A stretch of 64,000 nucleotides of DNA from an uncultured Gammaproteobacteria bacterium (GTDB lineage: Bacteria; Pseudomonadota; Gammaproteobacteria; Magnimaribacterales; Magnimaribacteraceae): the NCBI GenBank assembly GCA_913042085.1, contig CAJWKH010000001.1, forward strand, positions 1,617 through 65,616. The letters run 5' to 3'. A program made the translations under genes and the position numbers. Shown here in pieces: positions 32,427-41,086 of this stretch. The notes below the pieces were generated by a model that was given only the letters and a program-made list of their open reading frames with translations, made no database searches and had not been told where the DNA came from. Every line of letters starts with the position of its first letter. Position 1 is the stretch's first letter.

Positions 32427-32870
32427 TTATTCAGCGATTTCAAATAGAGCTTGTCCGTACTCCACCGGTTCTGAATTTTCTACTTTTATAGAGACAACTT
32501 TGCCAGAAAATTCTGATTTAATTTCATTCATCATCTTCATCGCTTCAACGATGCACACAACATCTCCCTCGGCGACTAAATCACCGACATTAATAAAAGG
32601 TTTGGAACCTGGAGAAGCTGAGGCGTAAAAGGTTCCTACCATAGGCGACGTAATAAAATTTCCTTCTTCTGATTCTTGGCTTACCTCTTCTTCAGGAGTA
32701 ACTGAAGTAGACATTTGAGGAACTGCTACGGATTGAGAAGAAGAAATATTGTTTATATTTCCATTACTTTTTACTAGCCTAACCGACTCTTCCCCTTCTT
32801 GAATTTCAATCTCTTCAAGATTAGAATTTTCTAACATTTCTATTAATTTTTTGACTTTTCTTATGTCCAT
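32427..32870 (-). CDS. accB: acetyl-CoA carboxylase biotin carboxyl carrier protein
   Basis: 147 aa. EAMKMMN biotinyl-lysine motif, preceded by a Pro/Ser-rich linker. Confidence 0.95.
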   Translation of the reverse strand: MDIRKVKKLIEMLENSNLEEIEIQEGEESVRLVKSNGNINNISSSQSVAVPQMSTSVTPEEEVSQESEEGNFITSPMVGTFYASASPGSKPFINVGDLVAEGDVVCIVEAMKMMNEIKSEFSGKVVSIKVENSEPVEYGQALFEIAE

Positions 32871-32884
32871 TTCTTACCTCGTAT

Positions 32885-33322
32885 TTAAGAGTATTTCTTA
32901 ATTCCTGAATCTAATGCTAATTCATATCCTTCTACGCCCAAGCCTGATATAACCCCCTCAGCAATATCTGATAAGAAAGATTTTTGTCTGAAATCTTCTC
33001 TGCTATAGATATTAGAAATATGCACTTCTATAAAAGGTATGCCAACTCCAGATAGAGCATCTCTAATGGCTATGCTGCTGTGAGTAAAGGCTCCAGGATT
33101 AAATATTATGAATTTTACGTCCTCTTTTTTTGCAAGATGTATTTGCTCCACTAAGTCATGCTCAGCATTACTTTGATAACATATCAGTTCTTGTCCGCAG
33201 GCAGATGCTTTAGAGTCTAATTTCTTTTCAATTTCTTCAAGAGTTACTGAACCATATATTTCAGGTTCTCTGGAACCCAATAGGTTAAGGTTCGGTCCAT
33301 TTAGTAGCATGAATTTAGACAT
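32885..33322 (-). CDS. aroQ: type II 3-dehydroquinate dehydratase
   Basis: 145 aa with [18 protein letters not shown] and HISNIYSRE motifs. Confidence 0.95.
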   Translation of the reverse strand: MSKFMLLNGPNLNLLGSREPEIYGSVTLEEIEKKLDSKASACGQELICYQSNAEHDLVEQIHLAKKEDVKFIIFNPGAFTHSSIAIRDALSGVGIPFIEVHISNIYSREDFRQKSFLSDIAEGVISGLGVEGYELALDSGIKKYS

Positions 33323-33383
33323 ATTTAGTGCTTTTTTAAAGAATTTAGTGAATTTTAAATAATATTAGATCTTATTGATACCT

Positions 33384-33866
33384 TTAAGTTCCTTTATTAA
33401 TTAAAATTTCACCATTATTTATAATTAATTCTTTGTTGATTAAAGGGTAGCAAAACCCTTTCTCATTGCAGCCTTGATACTTTACTGTGATTTTTCTAGT
33501 TAGCGGATTTATAACAAAAGATTTTGTAATTTTTTTGTAAAAAACTTCAACCTCTCCAAAATACTCATCTGATATAAGTATAGGAGCTTCCATAGTGTTA
33601 ATCTCTAGAATATCTTCTGGAAGAATATTGATCTGAAATTTATCTTTATATAGAAAGCAGTTTTCTTTCAAGTCCCATGTAAGTATGATTCTGTCTTCTT
33701 TTTGAAAAGCAGAGAATATAAAGGATTCATCAGCAGGTAAAATATCTTGAGGGCCCTTTAAGACCTCTCGGATGGAAGAACTAGATAAGGAATCTGCATA
33801 TATGGAGCAAGGAAAATAGATGGTAAGACCAATTATTAAGAATAAATTTTTTATTATTTTTAGCAT
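33384..33866 (-). CDS. stand-alone DsbD N-terminal (alpha) domain protein
   Basis: Matches E. coli DsbD-alpha block by block (LPADESFIFSAF, LTWDLKENCFLYKDKFQI, DEYFGEVEVFY, VKYQGCNEKGFCYP with the C-x5-C-YP redox pair). It ends about 20 aa later with no TM or thioredoxin domains. ATG 33866 gives a signal peptide (MLKIIKNLFLIIGLTIYFPCSIYA); the ORF is open to 33920. Confidence 0.8.
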   Translation of the reverse strand: MLKIIKNLFLIIGLTIYFPCSIYADSLSSSSIREVLKGPQDILPADESFIFSAFQKEDRIILTWDLKENCFLYKDKFQINILPEDILEINTMEAPILISDEYFGEVEVFYKKITKSFVINPLTRKITVKYQGCNEKGFCYPLINKELIINNGEILINKGT

Positions 33867-34275
33867 ATTTATATATTGCTTAGTAATACCTGGATGTAAT
33901 GATACTAGTAAACTTGGCATTATTATAAAGGATGCTCACTTATACCTCCCATTAAAAGGTGCTGATATGTCTGCTGGTTATTTAAGATTAGAAAACAATC
34001 AAATTAAAAAAATAGTAATTAGTTCTATAGAATGTGAAAAAGTAAAAGCCAGTATTCATGAAACAATTTTAAACTCAGATGGCGTGATGAAAATGAAGAA
34101 ATTACAAAGGTTTGCTGTTGAAGCTGAATCAAATCTAAATTTTATGCCCGGAGGAAAACATATAATGTTTTCTGGGTTAAAAGAATTCAAGGAAAGTATT
34201 CTGGTGTGCACATTCTTGTCTAATACCGGAATAGAAATTCCTTTTACCTTCGAGGTTCTAAAAAATGAACGATAA
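33820..34275 (+). CDS. periplasmic copper chaperone PCu(A)C-like (DUF461)
   Basis: 151 aa. Lipoprotein-like signal (…LVIPGC), His/Met cluster IHETILNSDGVMKMKKL and GGKHIMF, resembling the PCuAC Cu(I) site. Confidence 0.68.
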   Translation: MVRPIIKNKFFIIFSIFIYCLVIPGCNDTSKLGIIIKDAHLYLPLKGADMSAGYLRLENNQIKKIVISSIECEKVKASIHETILNSDGVMKMKKLQRFAVEAESNLNFMPGGKHIMFSGLKEFKESILVCTFLSNTGIEIPFTFEVLKNER

Positions 34276-35860
34276 TTTACTAAATGTTCAGAATTTATCT
34301 GTAGAATTTTCTTCAAAAGGTGATTCTTTTCTTGCTGTTAACAACATTTCCTTTGGAATTGGAAAAGGCAAGACGCTTTCTCTTGTAGGTGAATCTGGAT
34401 CTGGAAAATCAGTTACGGCCCTTTCTGTTCTGCAGCTCTTACCTGAAGGTTCCGCTAGTCATAATCAAGATTCTTCAATTAAGTTTGAAGGTAAAGAAAT
34501 TATTGGAAGCTCAAAAAGCTTTATAACCTCATTAAGAGGAAACAGAATATCAATGATTTTTCAGGAACCCATGACTTCTCTAAATCCTTACCAAAGAGTA
34601 GGAGATCAAATAGATGAAACATTAAAAATACATGGAGGCTTGAATTCCAAGCAGGCTAGAGAGCGAACCATAGAGCTCCTTGAAAAGGTAAAAATTCCTG
34701 AACCCAAAAAAAAGGTCATTTCATATCCTCACCAGCTTTCAGGAGGTCAAAGGCAAAGAGTTATGATTGCTATGGCTTTAGCAAATGAGCCAGAGCTGTT
34801 AATAGCTGATGAACCAACAACCGCTTTGGACGTAACTGTAGAAAAAACTCTTTTAGAGTTATTAACCGAACTTCAAGAAGAATTTAATATGTCTATTCTT
34901 TTCATAACTCATGATCTAAATATAGTCAAAAAATTCTCAGATGATGTTTGTGTAATGAAAGAAGGTGAAATAATTGAAGCTGGATCAGTTAATGAGATTT
35001 TTTCTAACCCAAGCCACGCTTACACTAAGAAATTATTAGATTCAATTCCAAGGAAAAAAGAAACACTTAATGAAGAAGGTGAAATTTTGCTTGATGCTGG
35101 TCAGGTAAATATAAATTATGTTGTGGCGAGAAATCTTTTTGGAAAACCTAAAGAATTTCTTAACGCAGTCAAGAAGGTTGATATAAAGATATATAAAGGT
35201 TCTACGACTGGTTTAGTTGGGGAGTCTGGTTCGGGGAAATCTTCTCTAGCAAGAGCTTTATTAGGAATAGAAGCTGCAGACGGTTCAATTGAATTTGATG
35301 GAATAGATATTAAGGATTTAGATCTAAAAAGCATGAGAGGCTTTAAAAAAGATTTCCAAATCGTGTTTCAAGACCCATTTGGTTCTCTGTCTCCTAGAAT
35401 GACTATTGGAGAGATAATAGGAGAAGGATTAAAGGTTCATGAACCTGAATTATCTAAGGAAGATAGGCTTAATAAGATAATAAGAGCACTAAATGATGTT
35501 GAGCTAGATGAAAGTTCCTACTCTAGGTTTCCGCATGAACTTTCTGGAGGCCAACGTCAAAGAGTTGCAATAGCGAGAGCAATAATACTTAGACCTAAAC
35601 TAATCCTCTTGGATGAACCTACTTCTGCGTTAGATGTATCAATCCAGATGCAGATACTAAATCTGTTGAAGGATTTACAAAGCAAGCTCGGTTTAGCTTA
35701 CTTATGCATTAGTCACGATTTAAGAGTTATTAGATTCCTTTCAGATCAAGTATACGTCATGAAAGACGGAGTAATTGTTGAATACGGTTCTTCTGAAGAA
35801 GTTTTTGAAGACCCTAAAGATGAATACACGAAAGAACTTTTAGCTGCTTCAATTGCATAA
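34265..35860 (+). CDS. ABC transporter ATP-binding protein with two fused ATPase domains (Dpp/Opp/YejF type)
   Basis: 531 aa. Two Walker A motifs (GESGSGKS twice), two ABC signatures (LSGGQRQR twice) and two Walker B motifs (LLIADEPT, ILLDEPT). Confidence 0.9.
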   Translation: MNDNLLNVQNLSVEFSSKGDSFLAVNNISFGIGKGKTLSLVGESGSGKSVTALSVLQLLPEGSASHNQDSSIKFEGKEIIGSSKSFITSLRGNRISMIFQEPMTSLNPYQRVGDQIDETLKIHGGLNSKQARERTIELLEKVKIPEPKKKVISYPHQLSGGQRQRVMIAMALANEPELLIADEPTTALDVTVEKTLLELLTELQEEFNMSILFITHDLNIVKKFSDDVCVMKEGEIIEAGSVNEIFSNPSHAYTKKLLDSIPRKKETLNEEGEILLDAGQVNINYVVARNLFGKPKEFLNAVKKVDIKIYKGSTTGLVGESGSGKSSLARALLGIEAADGSIEFDGIDIKDLDLKSMRGFKKDFQIVFQDPFGSLSPRMTIGEIIGEGLKVHEPELSKEDRLNKIIRALNDVELDESSYSRFPHELSGGQRQRVAIARAIILRPKLILLDEPTSALDVSIQMQILNLLKDLQSKLGLAYLCISHDLRVIRFLSDQVYVMKDGVIVEYGSSEEVFEDPKDEYTKELLAASIA

Positions 35861-35897
35861 AATATTTTATTCTGAGTTTCTGACTTATAATTAAGTA

Positions 35898-37571
35898 ATG
35901 TCCAAGGACAATAGAAAACATTCTTCAAAGATAGTAGACGGAGTAGAGCAAGCTCCATCAAGGGCTATGCTAAGGGCTGTAGGCTTTGAAAATGAAGATT
36001 TTAACAAACCGCAAGTCGGAGTTGCTTCAACCTGGAGCATGGTTACTCCTTGCAATATGCATATTGATAAATTGGCAGATTCCGCAGTAAAAGGTGTAAA
36101 CGAATCAGGCTCTAAAGCTGTCATTTTTAACACAATTACTGTTTCAGACGGAATTTCAATGGGAACTCAAGGCATGAGGTTTTCTTTAGTTTCTCGTGAA
36201 GTTATAGCCGATTCAATAGAAACCGTAGTGGGTGGTCAAGGATTTGACGGCTTAGTGACCATAGGAGGGTGTGATAAGAATATGCCAGCCTGTTTAATGG
36301 CCATGGCAAGACTAAATAGACCTTCAGTTTTTGTTTATGGGGGCAGTATAAAACCAGGGAAAGGAAGAACGGATGTGATATCTGTTTTTGAGGCCGTTGG
36401 GAAGCATTCAGAAGGGAATATTTCTGATATTGAATTATTAGATATTGAATCAAGCGCAATCCCAGGACCAGGTTCCTGCGGTGGTATGTATACAGCAAAT
36501 ACTATGGCTTCAGCCATAGAAGCTATGGGTATGAGTCTACCAAACAGTTCGGCACAAGAAGCTACTTCTAAAATGAAGTTAGTAGATTCCATGGAGGCAG
36601 GAAAAGCTGTAAGCAACTTAATTAATCTTGATCTAAAACCAAGAGATATTATGACGAAAGAAGCTTTTGAAAATGCAATATCTATGGTGATTGCACTTGG
36701 CGGTTCTACAAATGCAGTATTACATTTAATTGCTATAGCCCATGAAGCTAAAGTAGACCTTTCTTTAGATGACTTTGAGAGACTAGGTAAAAGAACACCA
36801 GTGCTTGCTGACCTAAAACCTAGCGGGAATTATTTAATGTCTGAATTAATTGAAATTGGAGGTATTGTTCCTCTAATGCGAAAGATGCTTGAAAAAGAAC
36901 TTTTACATGGAGATCAAATGACAGTTACAGGTAAAACTCTAGAAGAAAATCTTAGTGATTCAAAAAGTTATCCTGACGGTCAAGAAATAGTAAAAGAATT
37001 TGATAATCCAATTAAGAAAGATAGTCACTTACGTATTCTTTATGGCAATTTGGCTCCTGAAGGAGCTGTAGCAAAGATTTCCGGAAAAGAAGGGCTGGCA
37101 TTTGAAGGTAAAGCCAGAGTATTTGATTCTGAAGAAACTGCCATGGAAGGAATAATGAAAGGCAAAATAAATGAAGGTGATGTATTAATAATTAGATATG
37201 AAGGCCCTAAAGGAGGGCCTGGTATGAGAGAAATGCTAGGACCCACTTCCGCGATAATGGGAAAAGGATTAGGGGATAAGGTTGCATTCTTAACAGATGG
37301 AAGATTTTCTGGCGGTACTCATGGTTTTGTAGTTGGTCACATTTCTCCTGAAGCTTACGAAGGAGGGCCTCTAGCATTAGTCAGGGATGGAGATTCCATA
37401 AATATTGATGCGAGCTCTAACCAGATCAACGTCTCTATTTCCGATAAAGAAATAAAAGAAAGAAGAGATTCTTGGGAGTGCCCTAAAAAGAATAAAGAAA
37501 CAGGCGTTTTAGGAAAATACAGATCATTAGTAACTTCTGCTTCGCAAGGGGCAGTAACTACAAAAAATTAA
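35898..37571 (+). CDS. ilvD: dihydroxy-acid dehydratase
   Basis: 557 aa short-form IlvD ([28 protein letters not shown]). Confidence 0.96.
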   Translation: MSKDNRKHSSKIVDGVEQAPSRAMLRAVGFENEDFNKPQVGVASTWSMVTPCNMHIDKLADSAVKGVNESGSKAVIFNTITVSDGISMGTQGMRFSLVSREVIADSIETVVGGQGFDGLVTIGGCDKNMPACLMAMARLNRPSVFVYGGSIKPGKGRTDVISVFEAVGKHSEGNISDIELLDIESSAIPGPGSCGGMYTANTMASAIEAMGMSLPNSSAQEATSKMKLVDSMEAGKAVSNLINLDLKPRDIMTKEAFENAISMVIALGGSTNAVLHLIAIAHEAKVDLSLDDFERLGKRTPVLADLKPSGNYLMSELIEIGGIVPLMRKMLEKELLHGDQMTVTGKTLEENLSDSKSYPDGQEIVKEFDNPIKKDSHLRILYGNLAPEGAVAKISGKEGLAFEGKARVFDSEETAMEGIMKGKINEGDVLIIRYEGPKGGPGMREMLGPTSAIMGKGLGDKVAFLTDGRFSGGTHGFVVGHISPEAYEGGPLALVRDGDSINIDASSNQINVSISDKEIKERRDSWECPKKNKETGVLGKYRSLVTSASQGAVTTKN

Positions 37572-37673
37572 TTTTATAAAGTTAGTTGAAAAAAAATAAA
37601 ATAGACCCAATAATAATATCTACAAGATGAACCTTTCAAGATTTTTTCAAATCAAGACTTCCAAGGAGGAAAT

Positions 37674-37994
37674 ATGAACGTTGTCACGTTGACTGATGAC
37701 AATTTTGAAAGCGAGGTAAATTCCTCAGAAAAGCCAGTTTTGGTAGATTATTGGGCTACTTGGTGTGGCCCTTGTAAGATGGTTGGACCTATAGTTGAGG
37801 AGATTGCCATAGAATTTTCTGATCAACTTAAAGTTGGAAAATTAGATGTAGATAACAACCAGGCCTCAGCTGCGCAACACAACGTAATGAGTATTCCTAC
37901 CCTTGCAATCTTTAAGGGGGGAGAATTAGTAGCTCAACAAGTAGGTGCTTTAAGTAAAACCCAGTTAACAGAATTTATAGAATCTAATTTATAG
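37674..37994 (+). CDS. trxA: thioredoxin
   Basis: 106 aa with the WCGPCK active site. AAGGAGG RBS upstream. Conserved trxA-rho linkage. Confidence 0.95.
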   Translation: MNVVTLTDDNFESEVNSSEKPVLVDYWATWCGPCKMVGPIVEEIAIEFSDQLKVGKLDVDNNQASAAQHNVMSIPTLAIFKGGELVAQQVGALSKTQLTEFIESNL

Positions 37995-38091
37995 AAAAAG
38001 CTAGACTCTCTTATACAAGGGTGATAGATTAAATCTGTCCCGAAAATCTTTTTTCAAAAAAAACCCCTTTTTTTCTTCATCCGGATAATTT

Positions 38092-39351
38092 ATGCAATTA
38101 ACAGAACTTAAAAAAATGCCAGTCGAACAACTCATAGAGTTAGGCGAGGAATGTGGCATAGAAAATGCTTCCAGAGCAAAGAGGCAGGACATTGTATTTG
38201 GAATACTTAAGAGTAAGGCCAAGAATGGAGAAGACATTGAAGGCGAGGGCGTATTGGAAATTCTTCAAGATGGTTTTGGTTTCTTAAGATCTCCAGACTC
38301 TTCGTATTTAGCTGGACCAGATGATATTTATGTCTCTCCTAGTCAAATAAGAAGATTTGGTTTAAGAACGGGCGATACTATCCAAGGCAAGATTAGATCA
38401 CCAAAAGACGGGGAAAGGTATTTTGCTATTTTGAAGATAGAACAAATTAATTTTGAAGAGCCAGATAAAACCAAAAATAAACCTTCCTTTGAAAATCTAA
38501 CGCCTTTATTTCCTGACGAAAGAATGTTTTTTGAATTAGGAACAGGAAGTACCGAAGATTTATCTTCAAGGGTAATAGACTTAACTGCCCCTACTGGTAA
38601 AGGACAAAGGTCCTTAATAGTTTCCCCGCCAAAAGCGGGAAAAACCTTACTACTTCAGAGCATCGCTCATTCAATTGAAAGAAATAATCCTGAATGCAAA
38701 ATCATGGTGCTTTTAGTTGACGAAAGACCAGAAGAAGTTACTGAAATGAAAAGATCTGTAAAAGGAGAAGTTATTGCTAGCACTTTTGATGAAGCTCCTA
38801 CTAGGCACGTACAAGTGGCTGATATGGCTATAAATAAAGCCAGAAGATTGGTTGAGCATAAACACGATGTTGTTATTCTTCTTGATTCAATTACGAGATT
38901 GGCAAGGGCATATAATTCAACTCAAGCGGCATCTGGAAAAATACTAACTGGCGGTGTTGATGCAAATGCTTTACAAAAACCAAAAAGATTTTTTGGAGCA
39001 GCAAGAAATATTGAAGGTGGAGGAAGTTTAACCATAATAGCAACTGCATTGATTGATACTGGGTCAAGAATGGATGAAGTGATTTTTGAAGAGTTCAAAG
39101 GAACTGGTAATTCCGAAGTTAATCTGGACAGAAAGATTGCTGAAAAAAGAGTCTTTCCTGCTATCAATATAAGGAAAACAGGAACAAGAAGAGAAGATCT
39201 GCTTACCAGTGACCTTGAACTAAGAAATATAACTGTCCTTAGAAAGCTTCTAAATGAGATGGATGATACGGCAGCCATGGAGTGGGTTCTGGATAAACTC
39301 AAAGACTACAAGACTAATGCTGAGTTTTTTGAGTCAATGAAGAGAAAATAA
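38092..39351 (+). CDS. rho: transcription termination factor Rho
   Basis: 419 aa. Rho N-terminal and cold-shock-like RNA-binding domain followed by a RecA-type ATPase ([17 protein letters not shown]). Confidence 0.97.
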   Translation: MQLTELKKMPVEQLIELGEECGIENASRAKRQDIVFGILKSKAKNGEDIEGEGVLEILQDGFGFLRSPDSSYLAGPDDIYVSPSQIRRFGLRTGDTIQGKIRSPKDGERYFAILKIEQINFEEPDKTKNKPSFENLTPLFPDERMFFELGTGSTEDLSSRVIDLTAPTGKGQRSLIVSPPKAGKTLLLQSIAHSIERNNPECKIMVLLVDERPEEVTEMKRSVKGEVIASTFDEAPTRHVQVADMAINKARRLVEHKHDVVILLDSITRLARAYNSTQAASGKILTGGVDANALQKPKRFFGAARNIEGGGSLTIIATALIDTGSRMDEVIFEEFKGTGNSEVNLDRKIAEKRVFPAINIRKTGTRREDLLTSDLELRNITVLRKLLNEMDDTAAMEWVLDKLKDYKTNAEFFESMKRK

Positions 39352-39355
39352 TTAA

Positions 39356-39598
39356 TTAATCTTCTTTCTTTACCGCTTTTACTTTTTTTGTAAAAAAAAG
39401 TTTATCTATTAGTCCTATTATTAAAACTAATAGTAGGGTTAATAAAACAATCAAAGATATAACCATTTCTGAATTTAAGAGGATTTCCTTATTTAGGAAC
39501 TTGACGTTAGTTTCTTGAAATATATTTAATTTCCCATAAGAGAATAGCGAAACTGTAGTCGCAATAATTATTGAAATTAAATATAGTCTAGCTCTCAT
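39356..39598 (-). CDS. small two-TM membrane protein downstream of rsmD
   Basis: 80 aa with two hydrophobic helices. Overlaps the rsmD stop by 11 bp. It occupies the position of E. coli yhhL relative to rsmD, but homology has not been established. Confidence 0.5.
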   Translation of the reverse strand: MRARLYLISIIIATTVSLFSYGKLNIFQETNVKFLNKEILLNSEMVISLIVLLTLLLVLIIGLIDKLFFTKKVKAVKKED

Positions 39599-40151
39599 AT
39601 AGACAATAGTGAGTTTGGCCTCCTTTTGACTCCTTCAGTAAATTTAAACCTTCCGTTATTTCTATTAAATTTAGTTCTTTTTCACATTCTAAGTAAATTA
39701 AGGCTTTTGGGGATAATATATTTTTTGACTTAATGAAATCCAACGATCGCTGAATTAAATTTTCTCTGAAGGGAGGGTCTAAGAATAATAGATCAAATTG
39801 ATAAGGTAAATTATCAAAATCCACAGAAAAAACATTTGCATTTAAGACATGACTGGACTGCTGTACTTTTAACCTTTCAAGATTTGATTTTAAAGAGTCA
39901 GTTTGACTTTTTTGCTTCTCTACAAAAACTACCTTTTCTGCACCTCTTGATAACGCCTCTATGCCCAAGGATCCAGTGCCAGCAAACATATCTAAGCAAG
40001 TCTTCCCTTCCAGATTATTTAGCAGCCAGTTAAATAATGTTTCTTTGGTTTTACTTTCAGTGGGCCTTATAGATTTATTTAGTTTATAGGGCAGCTTAGA
40101 ACCCCTTAGGCTTCCTCCAGTAATTCTAGTTGTGGCTTGTTTTTTAGGCAC
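39588..40151 (-). CDS. rsmD: 16S rRNA (guanine966-N2)-methyltransferase
   Basis: 187 aa with a SAM-binding motif DMFAGTGSLGIEALSRGA and the LFLDPPF catalytic motif. Confidence 0.85.
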   Translation of the reverse strand: MPKKQATTRITGGSLRGSKLPYKLNKSIRPTESKTKETLFNWLLNNLEGKTCLDMFAGTGSLGIEALSRGAEKVVFVEKQKSQTDSLKSNLERLKVQQSSHVLNANVFSVDFDNLPYQFDLLFLDPPFRENLIQRSLDFIKSKNILSPKALIYLECEKELNLIEITEGLNLLKESKGGQTHYCLYES

Positions 40152-40215
40152 ATGGGCAATATTATTCTTTTTACGGTCACTAGTAACTATATTTGAAGTA
40201 GTGATTAATTCATAA

Positions 40216-40695
40216 ATGGATAATTCAAAAGTTCAAGAAGACTTCTTAATGGCAATGAGAGGTGCAACCTCTACGGTGAATGTTATTTCAGCGAAACTAA
40301 ATGAGGAACGTCATGCAATGACAGCTACTTCTGTGGCCTCATTATCTTTAAGCCCTCCAGCTATGATTATCTGCGTAAATAAAGAAGCTTCTATTCATAA
40401 TATTTTAAGAAAGGATAAAAAGTTTGTTATAAATGTTTTATCAAATAAACAACAAAATCTTTCCGAGTTATGTAGCAGTACCGAAGAAGGAGAGTCTAGA
40501 TTTAAAGATGGAGGATGGATTACGGAAGACGAAATAGTTTTTAATGACAATTCCGTTTCAAACATTATTTGTAATTGCACTGGCGTTGTAGACCACTCAA
40601 CTCATTCCGTTTTTTTTGGGGACGTTATGGAAGTAAAGAATAATAACCAAGGCAGAGCTCTACTGTATTGTGCAGGGAGATACTTAGTTGATTAA
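40216..40695 (+). CDS. flavin reductase-like domain protein (HpaC/NADH:flavin oxidoreductase small component type)
   Basis: 159 aa. FLMAMRGATSTVNVISA…MTATSVASLSLSPPAMIICVNK matches the flavin_reduct fold pattern. Confidence 0.72.
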   Translation: MDNSKVQEDFLMAMRGATSTVNVISAKLNEERHAMTATSVASLSLSPPAMIICVNKEASIHNILRKDKKFVINVLSNKQQNLSELCSSTEEGESRFKDGGWITEDEIVFNDNSVSNIICNCTGVVDHSTHSVFFGDVMEVKNNNQGRALLYCAGRYLVD

Positions 40696-41086
40696 AAAAT
40701 TTATTTATCTTTCAATTATGTTAATCAATTCTTTTGTTCTTGGAGCTTCAGAATCTAAAGTTTATTTTATAAATTTACAAGACGGAGAGATTGTTGAGAA
40801 CCCAATTTTTATTCAGTTTGGTCTTTCTGGGAAGGGAGTTGCACCAGCAGGAGTCAATATAGAAAATACTGGGCATCATCATCTTCTTATTGATGTAAAA
40901 GCTATAGACTTTTATATGCCAATACCGTCTAGTAAAAACCATCTACATTTTGGTGGGGGTCAAACAGAAACTTCAATAGAATTAGCACCTGGAGAACATG
41001 AATTACAACTTGTTCTAGGTGACTTATATCATGTACCTCATTCTCCTCCAATAACATCTAATAAAATAAAGATAATAGTAAAATAA
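40688..41086 (+). CDS. periplasmic DUF4399-like protein
   Basis: 132 aa. TTG start overlaps the upstream stop. Signal peptide and a GHHHLLID histidine motif. Confidence 0.62.
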   Translation: MIKKFIYLSIMLINSFVLGASESKVYFINLQDGEIVENPIFIQFGLSGKGVAPAGVNIENTGHHHLLIDVKAIDFYMPIPSSKNHLHFGGGQTETSIELAPGEHELQLVLGDLYHVPHSPPITSNKIKIIVK

